DNA from: a virus
Virus record (IMG/VR): IMGVR_UViG_3300005441_000004
Coordinates: 1 to 41,503 of that record
Direction: 5' to 3' (one strand)
Length of the DNA: 41,503 nt
In this document: positions 22,320 to 31,816 of the stretch, piece after piece
Layout: each line of letters starts with the position of its first letter
How positions within the stretch are numbered: position 1 is the stretch's first letter
Program-made: the position numbers and the translations under genes
The notes under the pieces: model-generated
What the model saw: only the letters and a program-made list of their open reading frames with translations
What the model was told of the DNA's origin: nothing
Database searches by the model: none

Positions 22320-22895
22320 GTGACAGCCCGTGGCGGGACCCCGAAGGCGAACCCCGCCGAGCGCATCGACCGCGCTCGGCGGGCCTTCGAGCTGAGCCTG
22401 AGCGGCCGTAGCTACCGCGACGTCGCTGAGTTGATGAAGGGCGAAGGCTACGGCCGGATCTCGAAGGACACCGTCGGCAAGCTGCTACGCGAGTACGCCA
22501 ACGCCTACGTGCTACCGCTGGCCAAGGAACACGTCACCCGCGAGTTCGAACGGTTGCTCGAGCAGCGCACCCGGCTGGAGAAGGGCCTCGCCGCGGCATG
22601 GGCGATCCACGACCGCCGGCACGTCGCCTACTCGGCCAGCGGCGGCATCGTCCGCGACAACGGCCGGACGATCCGCGACGACGGGCCGAGCGTCCAGGCG
22701 CTGGCCCAGGTGCGCGGGTTCGAGGACCTGATGCTCAAGAACGCCGAGGCCATGGCCAAGCTCTTCGGCTACAACGCGACCGTCCGCACCGAGGTCACCG
22801 TGGTCACCGAGACCGACCGCGCGATCGCCGACCTGGTCGGTGAGCTCGACGCGCGGGACGCCCGCGACACCGCCCCGGTGGGTGTGGAAAACTAA
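22320..22895 (+). CDS. Putative terminase small subunit / HTH DNA-binding protein (191 aa)
   Basis: HTH GRSYRDVAELMKGEGYGRISKDTVGKLL followed by a coiled coil. Lies upstream of the packaging genes. The start is uncertain (GTG 22320, with in-frame alternatives from 22236). Confidence 0.5.
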   Translation: MTARGGTPKANPAERIDRARRAFELSLSGRSYRDVAELMKGEGYGRISKDTVGKLLREYANAYVLPLAKEHVTREFERLLEQRTRLEKGLAAAWAIHDRRHVAYSASGGIVRDNGRTIRDDGPSVQALAQVRGFEDLMLKNAEAMAKLFGYNATVRTEVTVVTETDRAIADLVGELDARDARDTAPVGVEN

Positions 22896-22900
22896 CCATC

Positions 22901-22933
22901 GCCCGGCGCGTTTCTCACTGGTCCGCGCCGGGC
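22901..22933 (+). terminator. GC-rich hairpin after the putative small terminase gene
   Basis: 10-bp stem: gcccggcgcg (22901-22910) pairs with cgcgccgggc (22924-22933), with a 13-nt loop. Confidence 0.5.
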
Positions 22934-22954
22934 CCCAGACCAGTGGAGAGATCG

Positions 22955-23206
22955 ATGGCTGACAGCCCCGTCCCGGACGGAACGCCCGAGGACACCCCGG
23001 TCGTCAAGGTGCACTACGCCCTGGCCAGCGGGCGCGAGGCCTTCGCCGTCGTGGCGCTCGAGCAGGAAGCTGACGGATCGCCCCGGTTGCCCTTCGGCGT
23101 CCTGTACGGGAGCGTGTTCCTGCGGGACCTTGGCGGTGAGCTGATCAACCTCGCGAACATCCACCGGATCGAGGGGTTCCCCGAGGTACCCCGGAGCGGA
23201 GACTGA
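22955..23206 (+). CDS. Hypothetical protein (83 aa)
   Basis: ATG 22955 lies 4 nt after GGAGAG within the conserved CAGACCAGTGGAG motif. Confidence 0.5.
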   Translation: MADSPVPDGTPEDTPVVKVHYALASGREAFAVVALEQEADGSPRLPFGVLYGSVFLRDLGGELINLANIHRIEGFPEVPRSGD

Positions 23207-23208
23207 CC

Positions 23209-23616
23209 ATGGAAGCGCACCCGAACGAGTACGTGGCCCAGTTGCTGGACCGCGCGGCCACCCTGATCCAGGCCACCGCCGTCGACGGCACCGAGGACGA
23301 CTCGGTACGCCGCGAGTGGCTGCGTGAGTACCACGCCGAGAAGGCGCGCTTCGGCCAGCCGCTCGGCAGCCCCGCCTACTCCGACGCCGTCCAGGCCGCA
23401 CGTGGCGAGGACGTCCCGGTGCAGCAGCGGCAGGCGCGGCATGCCGCGGGTACCGACACCGCCGAGCAGACCGACGACGGCACCGGCATCGACTACGAGG
23501 CCGCGTCGTTACTGGAGTTGCAGGAAGAGGCCCGTCGGCGTGGCCTGCCCAGCTCGGGCACGAAGGCCGACTTGCGCGAGCGCCTCGAAGACGACGACAA
23601 CGCCTCGAACAGCTGA
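23209..23616 (+). CDS. SAP/Rho-N-like domain protein (135 aa)
   Basis: The C-terminal LLELQEEARRRGLPSSGTKADLRERL matches the SAP helix-extended loop-helix pattern. Confidence 0.6.
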   Translation: MEAHPNEYVAQLLDRAATLIQATAVDGTEDDSVRREWLREYHAEKARFGQPLGSPAYSDAVQAARGEDVPVQQRQARHAAGTDTAEQTDDGTGIDYEAASLLELQEEARRRGLPSSGTKADLRERLEDDDNASNS

Positions 23617-23864
23617 TGGCCATCGACACCAAGTACGGCCGCGTCACCCTCGAGCACGGCGACATCGGCGACGACGAACCCGTGGTCGTCTTCCGCGCCC
23701 AGGACCGCACGCTGCCCGCGCTGCTGATCGAATACCGGGAACGGTGCCTCGAGGCAGGCTCGCCCGTGGAGCACCTTGATGCGCTCGAGGCCACCCGGGA
23801 CCGGGTCGAGGCCTGGCAGGCTGACCACCCCACCAAGACCCCCGGCGAACGGATACCACGATGA
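23616..23864 (+). CDS. Hypothetical protein (82 aa)
   Basis: Track ORF. TGATG overlap. Confidence 0.5.
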   Translation: MAIDTKYGRVTLEHGDIGDDEPVVVFRAQDRTLPALLIEYRERCLEAGSPVEHLDALEATRDRVEAWQADHPTKTPGERIPR

Positions 23865-24190
23865 CCGAGCCCGTTTCGATGGACCTCGACGGCCAGGACA
23901 AGGCCCGCCACCTCCTCGACGAAGGCGCCCGCCTGCTCTACACGCTGGCCGCCGGCCAGTTCTGGGAGCTCGGCGACGTCAACGCCTGGTTCGAGCGGTT
24001 CAACGCCGCACGCGAGCAGCTGGGCCTGCGCAGCGACTCCTACGGCGCCATCGGGCAGCGCAGCAACGACGCCGACCCGCTCATCGAGCAGGCACAGGGG
24101 GCGCTGGCCGATCTCGTGGTGCGCGCAACGCAGGCGCGGGACGACTTCGGCATCGCGGTGGCGCAGGCCCAGCAGGGCGGCGGATCGTGA
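23861..24190 (+). CDS. Hypothetical protein (109 aa)
   Basis: Track ORF. ATGA overlap. Confidence 0.5.
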   Translation: MTEPVSMDLDGQDKARHLLDEGARLLYTLAAGQFWELGDVNAWFERFNAAREQLGLRSDSYGAIGQRSNDADPLIEQAQGALADLVVRATQARDDFGIAVAQAQQGGGS

Positions 24191-24342
24191 TCGCGCTCGG
24201 GCTGCTCTGCCTCGCGGTGATGGTGCTCGCCATCGCCGCGGTGGGGTGGGGACTTTCGCGGGCGCCCTGGCTCTGGCACATCGTGGCCGCTGTACTGGCG
24301 CTGGCCGGCGCGCTGGTCGCGTTCGGCGTCATCGCGGTGTAG
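24187..24342 (+). CDS. Small two-TM membrane protein (51 aa)
   Basis: GTG 24187 in a GTGA overlap. Product is VIALGLLCLAVMVLAIAAVGW...VAAVLALAGALVAFGVIAV. Confidence 0.45.
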   Translation: MIALGLLCLAVMVLAIAAVGWGLSRAPWLWHIVAAVLALAGALVAFGVIAV

Positions 24343-24352
24343 GAGCCTGGCG

Positions 24353-25990
24353 GTGGAGAGGCCCAACCGCCGCGGCGACTACGCGCAGATCTGGCAGCCC
24401 GGGTTCCACTGGCGCGACTACCTCGACCGCCACTACGACCCGCGGCTGCTCAAGAGCCGCGAAGGCCGGCGCGCCATCGGCCGGCTGGACCCGCTGGCCT
24501 TCGCGCTCATGTACCACCGCCGGTGGCTCACCGACGAACTCGGCAACATCACCTTCGCCCCGCTGCACGCCGGGTCCTACGAGTGGTTTCTGACCTGGCC
24601 GGGCTACCAGGGCCCGATGGAGAACCGCGACGCCTGGATCGCGCCTCGTGGCTCGGCGAAGAGCACTGTGCACTTCCGCATTGGGCCGATCTGGGCCGGG
24701 TGCTACCGGCACAAGGACTACTTCGCGATCTTCTCCCGCACCAGCAGCACCGCGGGCGAGCACATGATGGCGATCCACACCGAACGCCGCACCAACCCGC
24801 TGCTGCGCTACGACTTCCCCGAGTTCTGCCTCCCGCGCATGACCGGCAAGCGCGCCGAGCACGACACCATCGGCGAGTACCTGTCCGAGTCGGGCGTGAT
24901 CATCACGGCGAAGGGCATGGACTCCTCGGTGCTGGGCTCCTCGATCGACGGCCGCCGCGCGAACGTGATCATCCTCGACGACGTCGAGAACTCCGAGGCC
25001 AACTACAGCGTCTACCAGGCCGAACAGCGCAAGAAAACGATCATCGGAGCGATCGGGTTCTACAACGTCAACGCGATCTGGTCCTGGGTGGGCACGACCA
25101 CGATGTACGACGGCCTCACCCACCAGCTGGTCCGCTCCGTCTCCGGCGCCCCGCAGGACGTCAACGCCGAAGAGCTGAAGTGGGTGCGCGAGCAGCGCAT
25201 CCGTGTGCACCACTACCGGCCGCTCATCGAGGACCCCGCCACCGGTGAGCTGGTCAGCTGCTGGCCGGCGAAGTGGAGCACCGAGTACCTCAAGAGCATC
25301 CAGCACACCCGGATGTACCGCATGGAGCTGGACAACATGCCCAGCCTCGGCGACGAGGGCATGTGGACCGAAGCCGACTTCACCTACATCACTGAGCCAG
25401 CGGCGTCGACCCGATGCGCGCTGTTCGTAGACCCTGCCGTCACCGCCACCGCGACCTCGGACTACACCGGCCTCGCCGTCGTCAGCTACCCGTGGCCCAG
25501 CCGGGAACAGCTCGAGCGCAACGAGCCCGGGCACCTCGAGGTGCTGCACGTGGAGCGCGTGCGCAAGGTCGGGCGCAGCCTGCGCGACCACATCATGACC
25601 CTGTGCAACCGCTTCCCCTGGATCCGCCGCATCTGCGTCGAGGACAACCAGGGCGGCGCGCTCTGGGAGGAGAGCTTCGCCGACCTGCCCGTCGAGGTCG
25701 AGCTGCTCCACGTCCACCACCCGAAGGAAGTCCGGGCCGCGCACGCGCTGAACAAGTATCAGGCCCGCCCGACCCAGGTGAAACACCTCGGCCACCTCGA
25801 GCAGGGTCAGCTGGTCAGCAACTTCCCGCAGGCCGAAGGCACGATGTGCGCGTTCCCGATGGTCGCGCACGACGACGACGTCGACGCCGTCACCCTCGGC
25901 ACGCTCTACTGGCTTTCGCCGGAAGAGGTCCGCAAGCCGGGCGCCGGCGCGACCGGCGACGCCGTTGAGCATTCCTCGGCGTACGCGTAG
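24353..25990 (+). CDS. terL: Terminase large subunit (545 aa)
   Basis: IAPRGSAKST (Walker A-like) and NVIILDDVE (Walker B). C-terminal RNaseH-like nuclease region (FVDPAVTATATSDYTGLAVV). GTG start 7 nt after AGGAG. Confidence 0.85.
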   Translation: MERPNRRGDYAQIWQPGFHWRDYLDRHYDPRLLKSREGRRAIGRLDPLAFALMYHRRWLTDELGNITFAPLHAGSYEWFLTWPGYQGPMENRDAWIAPRGSAKSTVHFRIGPIWAGCYRHKDYFAIFSRTSSTAGEHMMAIHTERRTNPLLRYDFPEFCLPRMTGKRAEHDTIGEYLSESGVIITAKGMDSSVLGSSIDGRRANVIILDDVENSEANYSVYQAEQRKKTIIGAIGFYNVNAIWSWVGTTTMYDGLTHQLVRSVSGAPQDVNAEELKWVREQRIRVHHYRPLIEDPATGELVSCWPAKWSTEYLKSIQHTRMYRMELDNMPSLGDEGMWTEADFTYITEPAASTRCALFVDPAVTATATSDYTGLAVVSYPWPSREQLERNEPGHLEVLHVERVRKVGRSLRDHIMTLCNRFPWIRRICVEDNQGGALWEESFADLPVEVELLHVHHPKEVRAAHALNKYQARPTQVKHLGHLEQGQLVSNFPQAEGTMCAFPMVAHDDDVDAVTLGTLYWLSPEEVRKPGAGATGDAVEHSSAYA

Positions 25991-26041
25991 CCGTGCGATG
26001 ATCGCCGGACACCACATCGCAGCGCACCGCACGGAGGACCA

Positions 26042-27553
26042 GTGTCCGACCTCACCAAGGGGCTGAACGCACTCGACGCCCACCGCCCCGCCTACACCCT
26101 CGCCCGAAAGATGTTCGACGGCACCGCCCGCGAGATCGTCGCCAACGAAGCCATCCGCGTCGTCATCGAGAAGTCGGGCAAGAAGTACCGCGCCAACGTC
26201 GCCCGCAAGGCCGTCAAGTCCCGCACCAACCGGCTCAAGGTCCGCTCCCTCGCGGTGGCCGACGATGAAGCCGCCACCGCCCGGCTCACCGACGAGATCG
26301 CCGGGTCCAACGATTTCGACGTCGAGCTGCCTCGGTTCATTGAGAAGGTGTGCGAGTACGGCGACGCCTACCTGTTGCGCTGGCCGAACCCGAAGGCCGC
26401 GCTCAACGCCGACGGCACGACGGCCCGGGTGGATATCTTCGTCCGGGACCCGACCTCCATGCGCGCCATCTACGACCCCGAGAACGAGCGGGAGATCGAT
26501 TACGTCATCGACTCCTGGTGCATCGGCGACGGCGAGGACGAACGCTTGCGGGTGAACCTGTACTACGAGGACCGCGTGGAGCGGTGGGTGTCCATCGAGA
26601 AGATGTCCGGTGGTGTGGTCTGGGCCGACGAACAGTTCCAGCCCTACACCGGTGACGCCGACGAGAGCGACGACCCCGACACCGCGCACATCATCCCCTA
26701 CGAGCACGGCCTCCCCATCACCCACGGCCGCACCGAGCGACCCTACGGCCGGCCCGAGCATTTCGACGCCTACGGCCCCCAGAACGCCATCACCAAGATC
26801 ATGGCCACGCACCTGTCCGGCATCGACTGGAACGGCTGGCCCTACCGCTACCAGCTCGCCGAGGCAAACACCAAGGGCGCCGGGCTGGCCGACTGGGGCG
26901 ACGGCAGCACCCGCGAAGCCCCCAACGCCCCCGGCAGCAGCGCCACCGCCGCGCGCCCGGGCACCATGAACAAGCTCTCCAACGTCCGCGCCGTCGGGCA
27001 GCTCGACGGCTCCCCCGCCGACGTCTTCCTGGACCCGCTGGTGGCCTACATCCGGCTTCTCGGCGAGGTCACCGACACCCCGATGAACGTCACCGACCCC
27101 ACCGGGCAGGTCGAGAGCGGCCAGAGCCGCATGGCCCGCATCGACGACCTGCTCTCCCGCGTCGAATCGCTCAAGGACCAGCTGGCCGGCCCGATTTCGG
27201 CGATCTGCGAGGGTGCGCTGGCCATGCTCGGCGTTCCGGACACGACCGTCACCGTCACCTGGGCCCCCAGCTCGAAGGTTAGCGACACCGAGGGCTGGGA
27301 GGCGGTCAAGGCCAAGCAGGATGCTGGCGTCCCCGAACGCGTCGCCCTCATCGAAGCGGGCTACTTGCCCGAAGAGGTCGACGGGTGGGCCGGCGAGCTC
27401 GAGGGCAAGCTGTCCACGCTCGAGCGTATTGCGATGGTGGCTACCGCGATGGGACAGGCGGTCCAGGTCATGGGTCTCCCGGCCGAACAGGCCAGCGAGA
27501 TCTTCGGCAAGTTCGTGACCGAGGTGCTCACCGATGACGACACCGCCGACTGA
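26042..27553 (+). CDS. Portal protein (503 aa)
   Basis: Size and position directly after terL. GTG start 3 nt after GGAGGA. Confidence 0.75.
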   Translation: MSDLTKGLNALDAHRPAYTLARKMFDGTAREIVANEAIRVVIEKSGKKYRANVARKAVKSRTNRLKVRSLAVADDEAATARLTDEIAGSNDFDVELPRFIEKVCEYGDAYLLRWPNPKAALNADGTTARVDIFVRDPTSMRAIYDPENEREIDYVIDSWCIGDGEDERLRVNLYYEDRVERWVSIEKMSGGVVWADEQFQPYTGDADESDDPDTAHIIPYEHGLPITHGRTERPYGRPEHFDAYGPQNAITKIMATHLSGIDWNGWPYRYQLAEANTKGAGLADWGDGSTREAPNAPGSSATAARPGTMNKLSNVRAVGQLDGSPADVFLDPLVAYIRLLGEVTDTPMNVTDPTGQVESGQSRMARIDDLLSRVESLKDQLAGPISAICEGALAMLGVPDTTVTVTWAPSSKVSDTEGWEAVKAKQDAGVPERVALIEAGYLPEEVDGWAGELEGKLSTLERIAMVATAMGQAVQVMGLPAEQASEIFGKFVTEVLTDDDTAD

Positions 27554-28580
27554 GCTTCCCCAGCCCACCGAGCCGTGGGCGCCGCTCGAGGCCGCGGCCA
27601 TGGCCCAGCCCGAGTTCGCGATCATGGCCGCGACGACGGCGGTGGTGCTCCGCCGCCTCACCCGCCTCTGGGTAGCGCTTTGGGGCTCGATCCGCGTGCT
27701 ACCGTCGGAGGTCCCTGGCCCGACAGGGATGGCGCCATCGGGTACGGCGGGGGTGCGCAGCCGGTTGACACCGCCTGAAGGACGACAGGGCGGCGCCCCC
27801 GCCATCGACTTCCCACCTGTCTGGACGAACGCCGTCGACGAGAGCGTCCAGGACGTCATCGACGCGATGGACGCGGCCGCCGACTCGGTGACCCGTGGGG
27901 TCCCCGCGGCCGACACCGTGCGCGCACGGGCCTACCGCTCGGCACGCGTCCGCCAGGCGCTGGCCCCCAGCTCGGTAGCCAAGCGCGGCTTCGGCGCCGT
28001 GCTCGAGGCCACCGCGCAGCCAGGGCACCTGGAGAGCGACGTCCGCGGTGTCGTGGTGGGTGAGCTGGTGGCCGACCACACCGAGCAGCAGCTCGAGCAG
28101 GCCACCAGCCTCGGCGACGAGTGGGTGTGCATCTGGGTCGCTGAGCGGGACGCCTGCGTGCGCTGCTTGGCCTATCAGGGCCTCTACGTCACCCCCGCCA
28201 CCGGGCAGCTGTTCCCCGGTGGGCGCACCTGGGGGCCGCGGTGGAAGAGCATCATCGGGCGGCCGGACTTCCGCGGCCCCGGGTGGCGCGAGGCCGCCGA
28301 CGGTGAGCATGAGGGCAGTCACCCGCACTGCCGGTGCGAGCTGCGCCTGGTCCGCCGCACGAACGTCCGCCTGCTGGCCACCGGGCTCAAGCGTGAGGCC
28401 GCGCGCTCGGCCGCCAAGGGCTGGGCGCGCCCCACCGAAGGTGACACCGCCCGCGTCGCGGCGGCGAAACACGTTCTTGCGACGAAGGCTGCGCTCCCCC
28501 GCTCGGTCGTCGACGAGACGCGCCGCCGTCTACACAGACCGAACACATTCCTCCGCCGGGTACCATCGCCGAACAGGTAG
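27534..28580 (+). CDS. MuF/SPP1 gp7-like minor head protein (348 aa)
   Basis: ERDACVRCLAYQG ... HPHCRCEL, the HPxCRC signature of the Mu F family. The start is uncertain because it overlaps the portal gene by 20 nt. Confidence 0.7.
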   Translation: MTTPPTELPQPTEPWAPLEAAAMAQPEFAIMAATTAVVLRRLTRLWVALWGSIRVLPSEVPGPTGMAPSGTAGVRSRLTPPEGRQGGAPAIDFPPVWTNAVDESVQDVIDAMDAAADSVTRGVPAADTVRARAYRSARVRQALAPSSVAKRGFGAVLEATAQPGHLESDVRGVVVGELVADHTEQQLEQATSLGDEWVCIWVAERDACVRCLAYQGLYVTPATGQLFPGGRTWGPRWKSIIGRPDFRGPGWREAADGEHEGSHPHCRCELRLVRRTNVRLLATGLKREAARSAAKGWARPTEGDTARVAAAKHVLATKAALPRSVVDETRRRLHRPNTFLRRVPSPNR

Positions 28581-28601
28581 AACGACCAGTGGAGGCCACC
28601 G

Positions 28602-29249
28602 GTGAGTGCTCGAGACGATGACGACCAGCGCGACGACATCGACGACGTGGACGACGAGGACACGGACGCCGACGACACCGGTGGTGATGGGGACGACGAC
28701 CCGGACGCCGGGAAGTCCGAAGCGGACCTCCGCGCCGAGCTGAAGCGCCTGCGCGGCTCCAGCACCCGCAACGCTCGCGAAGCTGAGAAGTGGCGACTCC
28801 GGGCCCAGGGCAAGAACGGCAAAAAGGACGACACGGACACCGACGGCGACAAGGACAAGTTCACCAAGGACGACGTCGACGACCTCACCGAGCGCACGAA
28901 GGAAGCCACCCGCGCCGAGCTCATGCCCGCGATCATCCGCAGCCAGGGCCGCTCGGTGCTCGAGAGCCTCGGCATGGCCTTCCCGAAGGACGCCAAGGAC
29001 GCGAAGGCCGCGCTCACCCGCACCCTCAAGCTCGCCAACGTCGACGACCTCGAGCTCAACGAGGACGGCGAAGTCGAGGGCCTCGAGCACGAACTGCGTG
29101 AGGTCAAACGGCTCTACCCGCAGCTGTTCCGCGGCGGCCGCGTCCGGACCCCGGGCAACGCCGGCGGCGGGCGCCGGTCGGCCGAGAAGCCACGCAGCGC
29201 CACTGAGCTGCAGGCTGCCAGCCTCTTCGGTGGCGGAGACGACGACTGA
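28602..29249 (+). CDS. Scaffolding protein (215 aa)
   Basis: Poly-acidic N-terminus and a charged helical body. Lies just upstream of the capsid gene. GTG start 6 nt after GGAGG. Confidence 0.65.
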   Translation: MSARDDDDQRDDIDDVDDEDTDADDTGGDGDDDPDAGKSEADLRAELKRLRGSSTRNAREAEKWRLRAQGKNGKKDDTDTDGDKDKFTKDDVDDLTERTKEATRAELMPAIIRSQGRSVLESLGMAFPKDAKDAKAALTRTLKLANVDDLELNEDGEVEGLEHELREVKRLYPQLFRGGRVRTPGNAGGGRRSAEKPRSATELQAASLFGGGDDD

Positions 29250-29351
29250 GGTAGGCTGGCCGCACCTTCGCCGAGCGGCCTGGATAGGCGCAGCCAGCGC
29301 GTCAAACCGGGACTGGAGCTGACGACCCGCTCGGCGCGGGGAAATCGTTCG

Positions 29352-29385
29352 AGCGACCCTCGTCACTGCGGTGACGGGGGTCGCT
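29352..29385 (+). terminator. Very stable hairpin in the 260-nt scaffold-capsid spacer
   Basis: 15-bp stem including one G-T pair: agcgaccctcgtcac (29352-29366), tetraloop tgcg, gtgacgggggtcgct (29371-29385). Confidence 0.6.
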
Positions 29386-29509
29386 TGCGTCGTGAGGTTA
29401 TGATCTGCTCAAGCACTACGCCACCGGATGGGGCGAGCGCGTAACGCACTCGTGGCACCGGATGGGCCCGGGTACCCCCAGTCCGTTCGAGCGCCAGGGA
29501 GGCCCGGCG

Positions 29510-30517
29510 ATGGCCGGTTCCGTCAATCCGGGTTCGTGGATCATCGAGGACTACGCCTCTGGTCTCATCACCCGGTTCCAGAACACCAGCGCGTGGGAGG
29601 CGTCCGCGGGCCGCGTAGAGACCATGCGCGTGGACTCCAAGCAGATCGCCATCGACACCGACGCCGCGGTGGAGGTCACCCAGAAGGGTGCGACCTACAA
29701 CCTCGACACCGGCGGCGGCACCACCGTCCAGCTGGACGCCGCGAAGCTCACGCACGCGTCCTCCTACGACGAAGAGGACCGCAGCGACGCCGCCGCGTGG
29801 CAGGACATCACCAACTCGAAGAAGCGGATGGCGACGTCCAACCTCGCCCTGCTCTACGACAACGGCGCCCTCGCCGTCACCGGCGCGCAGGTGATCGGCT
29901 CGAAGACCGCGCCGTACGAGTCCGCCTACCACGCCGTCTCCGCTTACAACAGCGGCTCGAACCTGCTCACGCTTTCGGCCGCGGCGTTCGCGACCGATTC
30001 GAAGGCGCTCAACACCGTCCTCTCGAACGCCACCGACCTCTACGAGGATTCGGCGTGGGCCTCGGAAGATCAGGTGTGGGTGCTCTCCACCGCGTTCAAG
30101 AAGTACTTCCGGGCGATGGACGCCACCGGCAAGAACGGCGTCAACTGGTACGTCCCCCCGCAGGGTGGTGAGCCCCGCGACGTCCGCGCCGGCCACCAGC
30201 CGATCATGCGCGGCGAAGTCGGCGGCGTCCCCGCCTACTTCACCCGCGGCGCCCGGCTCTCGGCGGCGATGACCTACCAGCCCACCGCTGGCATCGGCGC
30301 GAAGGGCTCACTCGGCAACGCGATCGCCCTGCTCGCCCCGGCCAGCATGCTCTGCGTCGGCAACCGTGACCCGCTGCGCAGCCAGTTCCTGGACTCCCTG
30401 TCCGGCAACGGCGGGATCGGCGCCCTCTCCGACACCGACTATCTGAAGATGCGCGTCCGCAAGGCCGCCCGCCTGCTGGTTCCCGCGGCCGCGGTGATCG
30501 TCGAGATCATCACCTGA
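29510..30517 (+). CDS. Major capsid protein (335 aa)
   Basis: ATG 29510 after GGGAGG. Positioned after the scaffold gene, with a suitable size, and flanked by hairpins. Confidence 0.7.
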   Translation: MAGSVNPGSWIIEDYASGLITRFQNTSAWEASAGRVETMRVDSKQIAIDTDAAVEVTQKGATYNLDTGGGTTVQLDAAKLTHASSYDEEDRSDAAAWQDITNSKKRMATSNLALLYDNGALAVTGAQVIGSKTAPYESAYHAVSAYNSGSNLLTLSAAAFATDSKALNTVLSNATDLYEDSAWASEDQVWVLSTAFKKYFRAMDATGKNGVNWYVPPQGGEPRDVRAGHQPIMRGEVGGVPAYFTRGARLSAAMTYQPTAGIGAKGSLGNAIALLAPASMLCVGNRDPLRSQFLDSLSGNGGIGALSDTDYLKMRVRKAARLLVPAAAVIVEIIT

Positions 30518-30521
30518 TCCG

Positions 30522-30560
30522 GTCGCCGGGCGCGGTCCACCATCCGCCGCGCCCGGTGAC
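30522..30560 (+). terminator. Hairpin immediately after the capsid gene
   Basis: 14-bp stem: gtcgccgggcgcgg (30522-30535) pairs with ccgcgcccggtgac (30547-30560), with an 11-nt loop. Confidence 0.65.
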
Positions 30561-30587
30561 CTCACCACGACGCCGGAAGGGAGCGAC

Positions 30588-31049
30588 ATGGCCGGCACCT
30601 GGTGCACCACGACCGACGTCGACAACCTCACCGGCGTCACGGTGAACGAAGCGCAGCTACTGCGCGCTCAAGGCGTCATCGAGACCTTCGAGGACATCGA
30701 CCCCGCCGCGCCTGGCGACCACCTCTTGGCCCGGGACCGGCAGCGGCTGCTGGCCGCCACCGCTTACCAGGCCGGCTGGATGTTCGAGCAGATCGAGATC
30801 GAGAAGCGCACCGACGTCTCGACCCTCTCCCAGGACGGCCAGACCTGGACCTACGCCCACGCTGACGCGGCGGTGCTGGCGCCGCTGGCCAAGCGCAACC
30901 TGGACCGGCTGAGCTGGAACGCCGACGGTCCCGTCACCCCGAACGGCGGCCGGGCACCGTACCCCGACCTCGACGCCGTCCGGGACGCTGTGCTGTGCGA
31001 CGAGGTGGAGCTGCCCGAGCTTTGGCGGTTCGAGAGCTGGACGCTCTGA
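30588..31049 (+). CDS. Head-tail adaptor/connector protein (153 aa)
   Basis: First gene after the capsid gene, assigned by gene order. RBS GGAAGGGAG. Confidence 0.55.
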   Translation: MAGTWCTTTDVDNLTGVTVNEAQLLRAQGVIETFEDIDPAAPGDHLLARDRQRLLAATAYQAGWMFEQIEIEKRTDVSTLSQDGQTWTYAHADAAVLAPLAKRNLDRLSWNADGPVTPNGGRAPYPDLDAVRDAVLCDEVELPELWRFESWTL

Positions 31050-31438
31050 TGTGCAGCCAGTTCGTCCCCAACACCGTCGTCGCGATCTTCCGGGACGGCA
31101 CCATCCCCGACACCCAGGACGCATGGGACAACCCGGTCCCGCCGGCCGCGCCTACGGCGGACCAGGCCGACGCAAAGGACAAGCCTGCATTGCTCATCGA
31201 ATACGGGCAAAGCGGGCACACAGGCTCCACCGTCAACCAGCCCGCGGCCGGACGGTCCGACGTCGTCCACCGCTACCGCCTCCGGCTTCGCCCGGGCGCG
31301 GTTCCCTTCGAGATCACGCCGCAAGACCGGGTGCTCGACCAGCGCACCGGCCGCTACTTCGCGGTGGATGAAGTACCCGAACCGGTGAACGTGGTGCAGC
31401 AGCCTGACGTGCTGCTCATCCTCCGCCTGGTCAGCTGA
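31049..31438 (+). CDS. Head closure / head-tail joining protein (129 aa)
   Basis: ATG 31049 in a TGATG overlap. Assigned by gene order. Confidence 0.5.
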   Translation: MCSQFVPNTVVAIFRDGTIPDTQDAWDNPVPPAAPTADQADAKDKPALLIEYGQSGHTGSTVNQPAAGRSDVVHRYRLRLRPGAVPFEITPQDRVLDQRTGRYFAVDEVPEPVNVVQQPDVLLILRLVS

Positions 31439-31513
31439 ACAACCCCGAGCGCCCGGGTGCGGAAAGCGCCCGCTCGGACCCGAAGTTCCTACGCCGGAAA
31501 GGCAGGGAGCGCG

Positions 31514-31807
31514 ATGGCACGCGTGGAGCTCTACGAGCCCGGGCTTCGAGCCCTTGGCGATCACGTGCTGGAACGCGCTTCCGCCATCCCGCTCGCCATC
31601 GGAATCGACGCCGAGGCCCTCGCCCCCGTCGACACCGGCGCCCTTGAGCTGTCCGTCTCCGTTGACGAGATCGGGCGCGGCATCTGGCGCATCTCGGCCG
31701 GCACCGGCTTGCCCGACGGGCGCGCGGTGTTCCAGGAGCTCGGCACCTCGAAGATGCGTGCGCAGCCTTACCTCCGCCCCGCCGCCTACCAGCAACGCGC
31801 CCTGTAG
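31514..31807 (+). CDS. HK97 gp10-family neck/tail completion protein (97 aa)
   Basis: VDTGALELSVSV ... FQELGTSKMRAQPYLRPAA matches the gp10-family pattern. ATG 31514 after GGCAGGGAG. Confidence 0.65.
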   Translation: MARVELYEPGLRALGDHVLERASAIPLAIGIDAEALAPVDTGALELSVSVDEIGRGIWRISAGTGLPDGRAVFQELGTSKMRAQPYLRPAAYQQRAL

Positions 31808-31816
31808 GAGAGGACC

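Noticed and set aside
24329-27916. A 1195-aa ORF on the minus strand, antisense to the terminase and portal genes.
   Set aside because: It is a shadow ORF typical of high-G+C DNA, with an Arg/Gly/Ala/Val-rich, motif-free product. The plus-strand frames carry terminase Walker motifs and fit the gene order.
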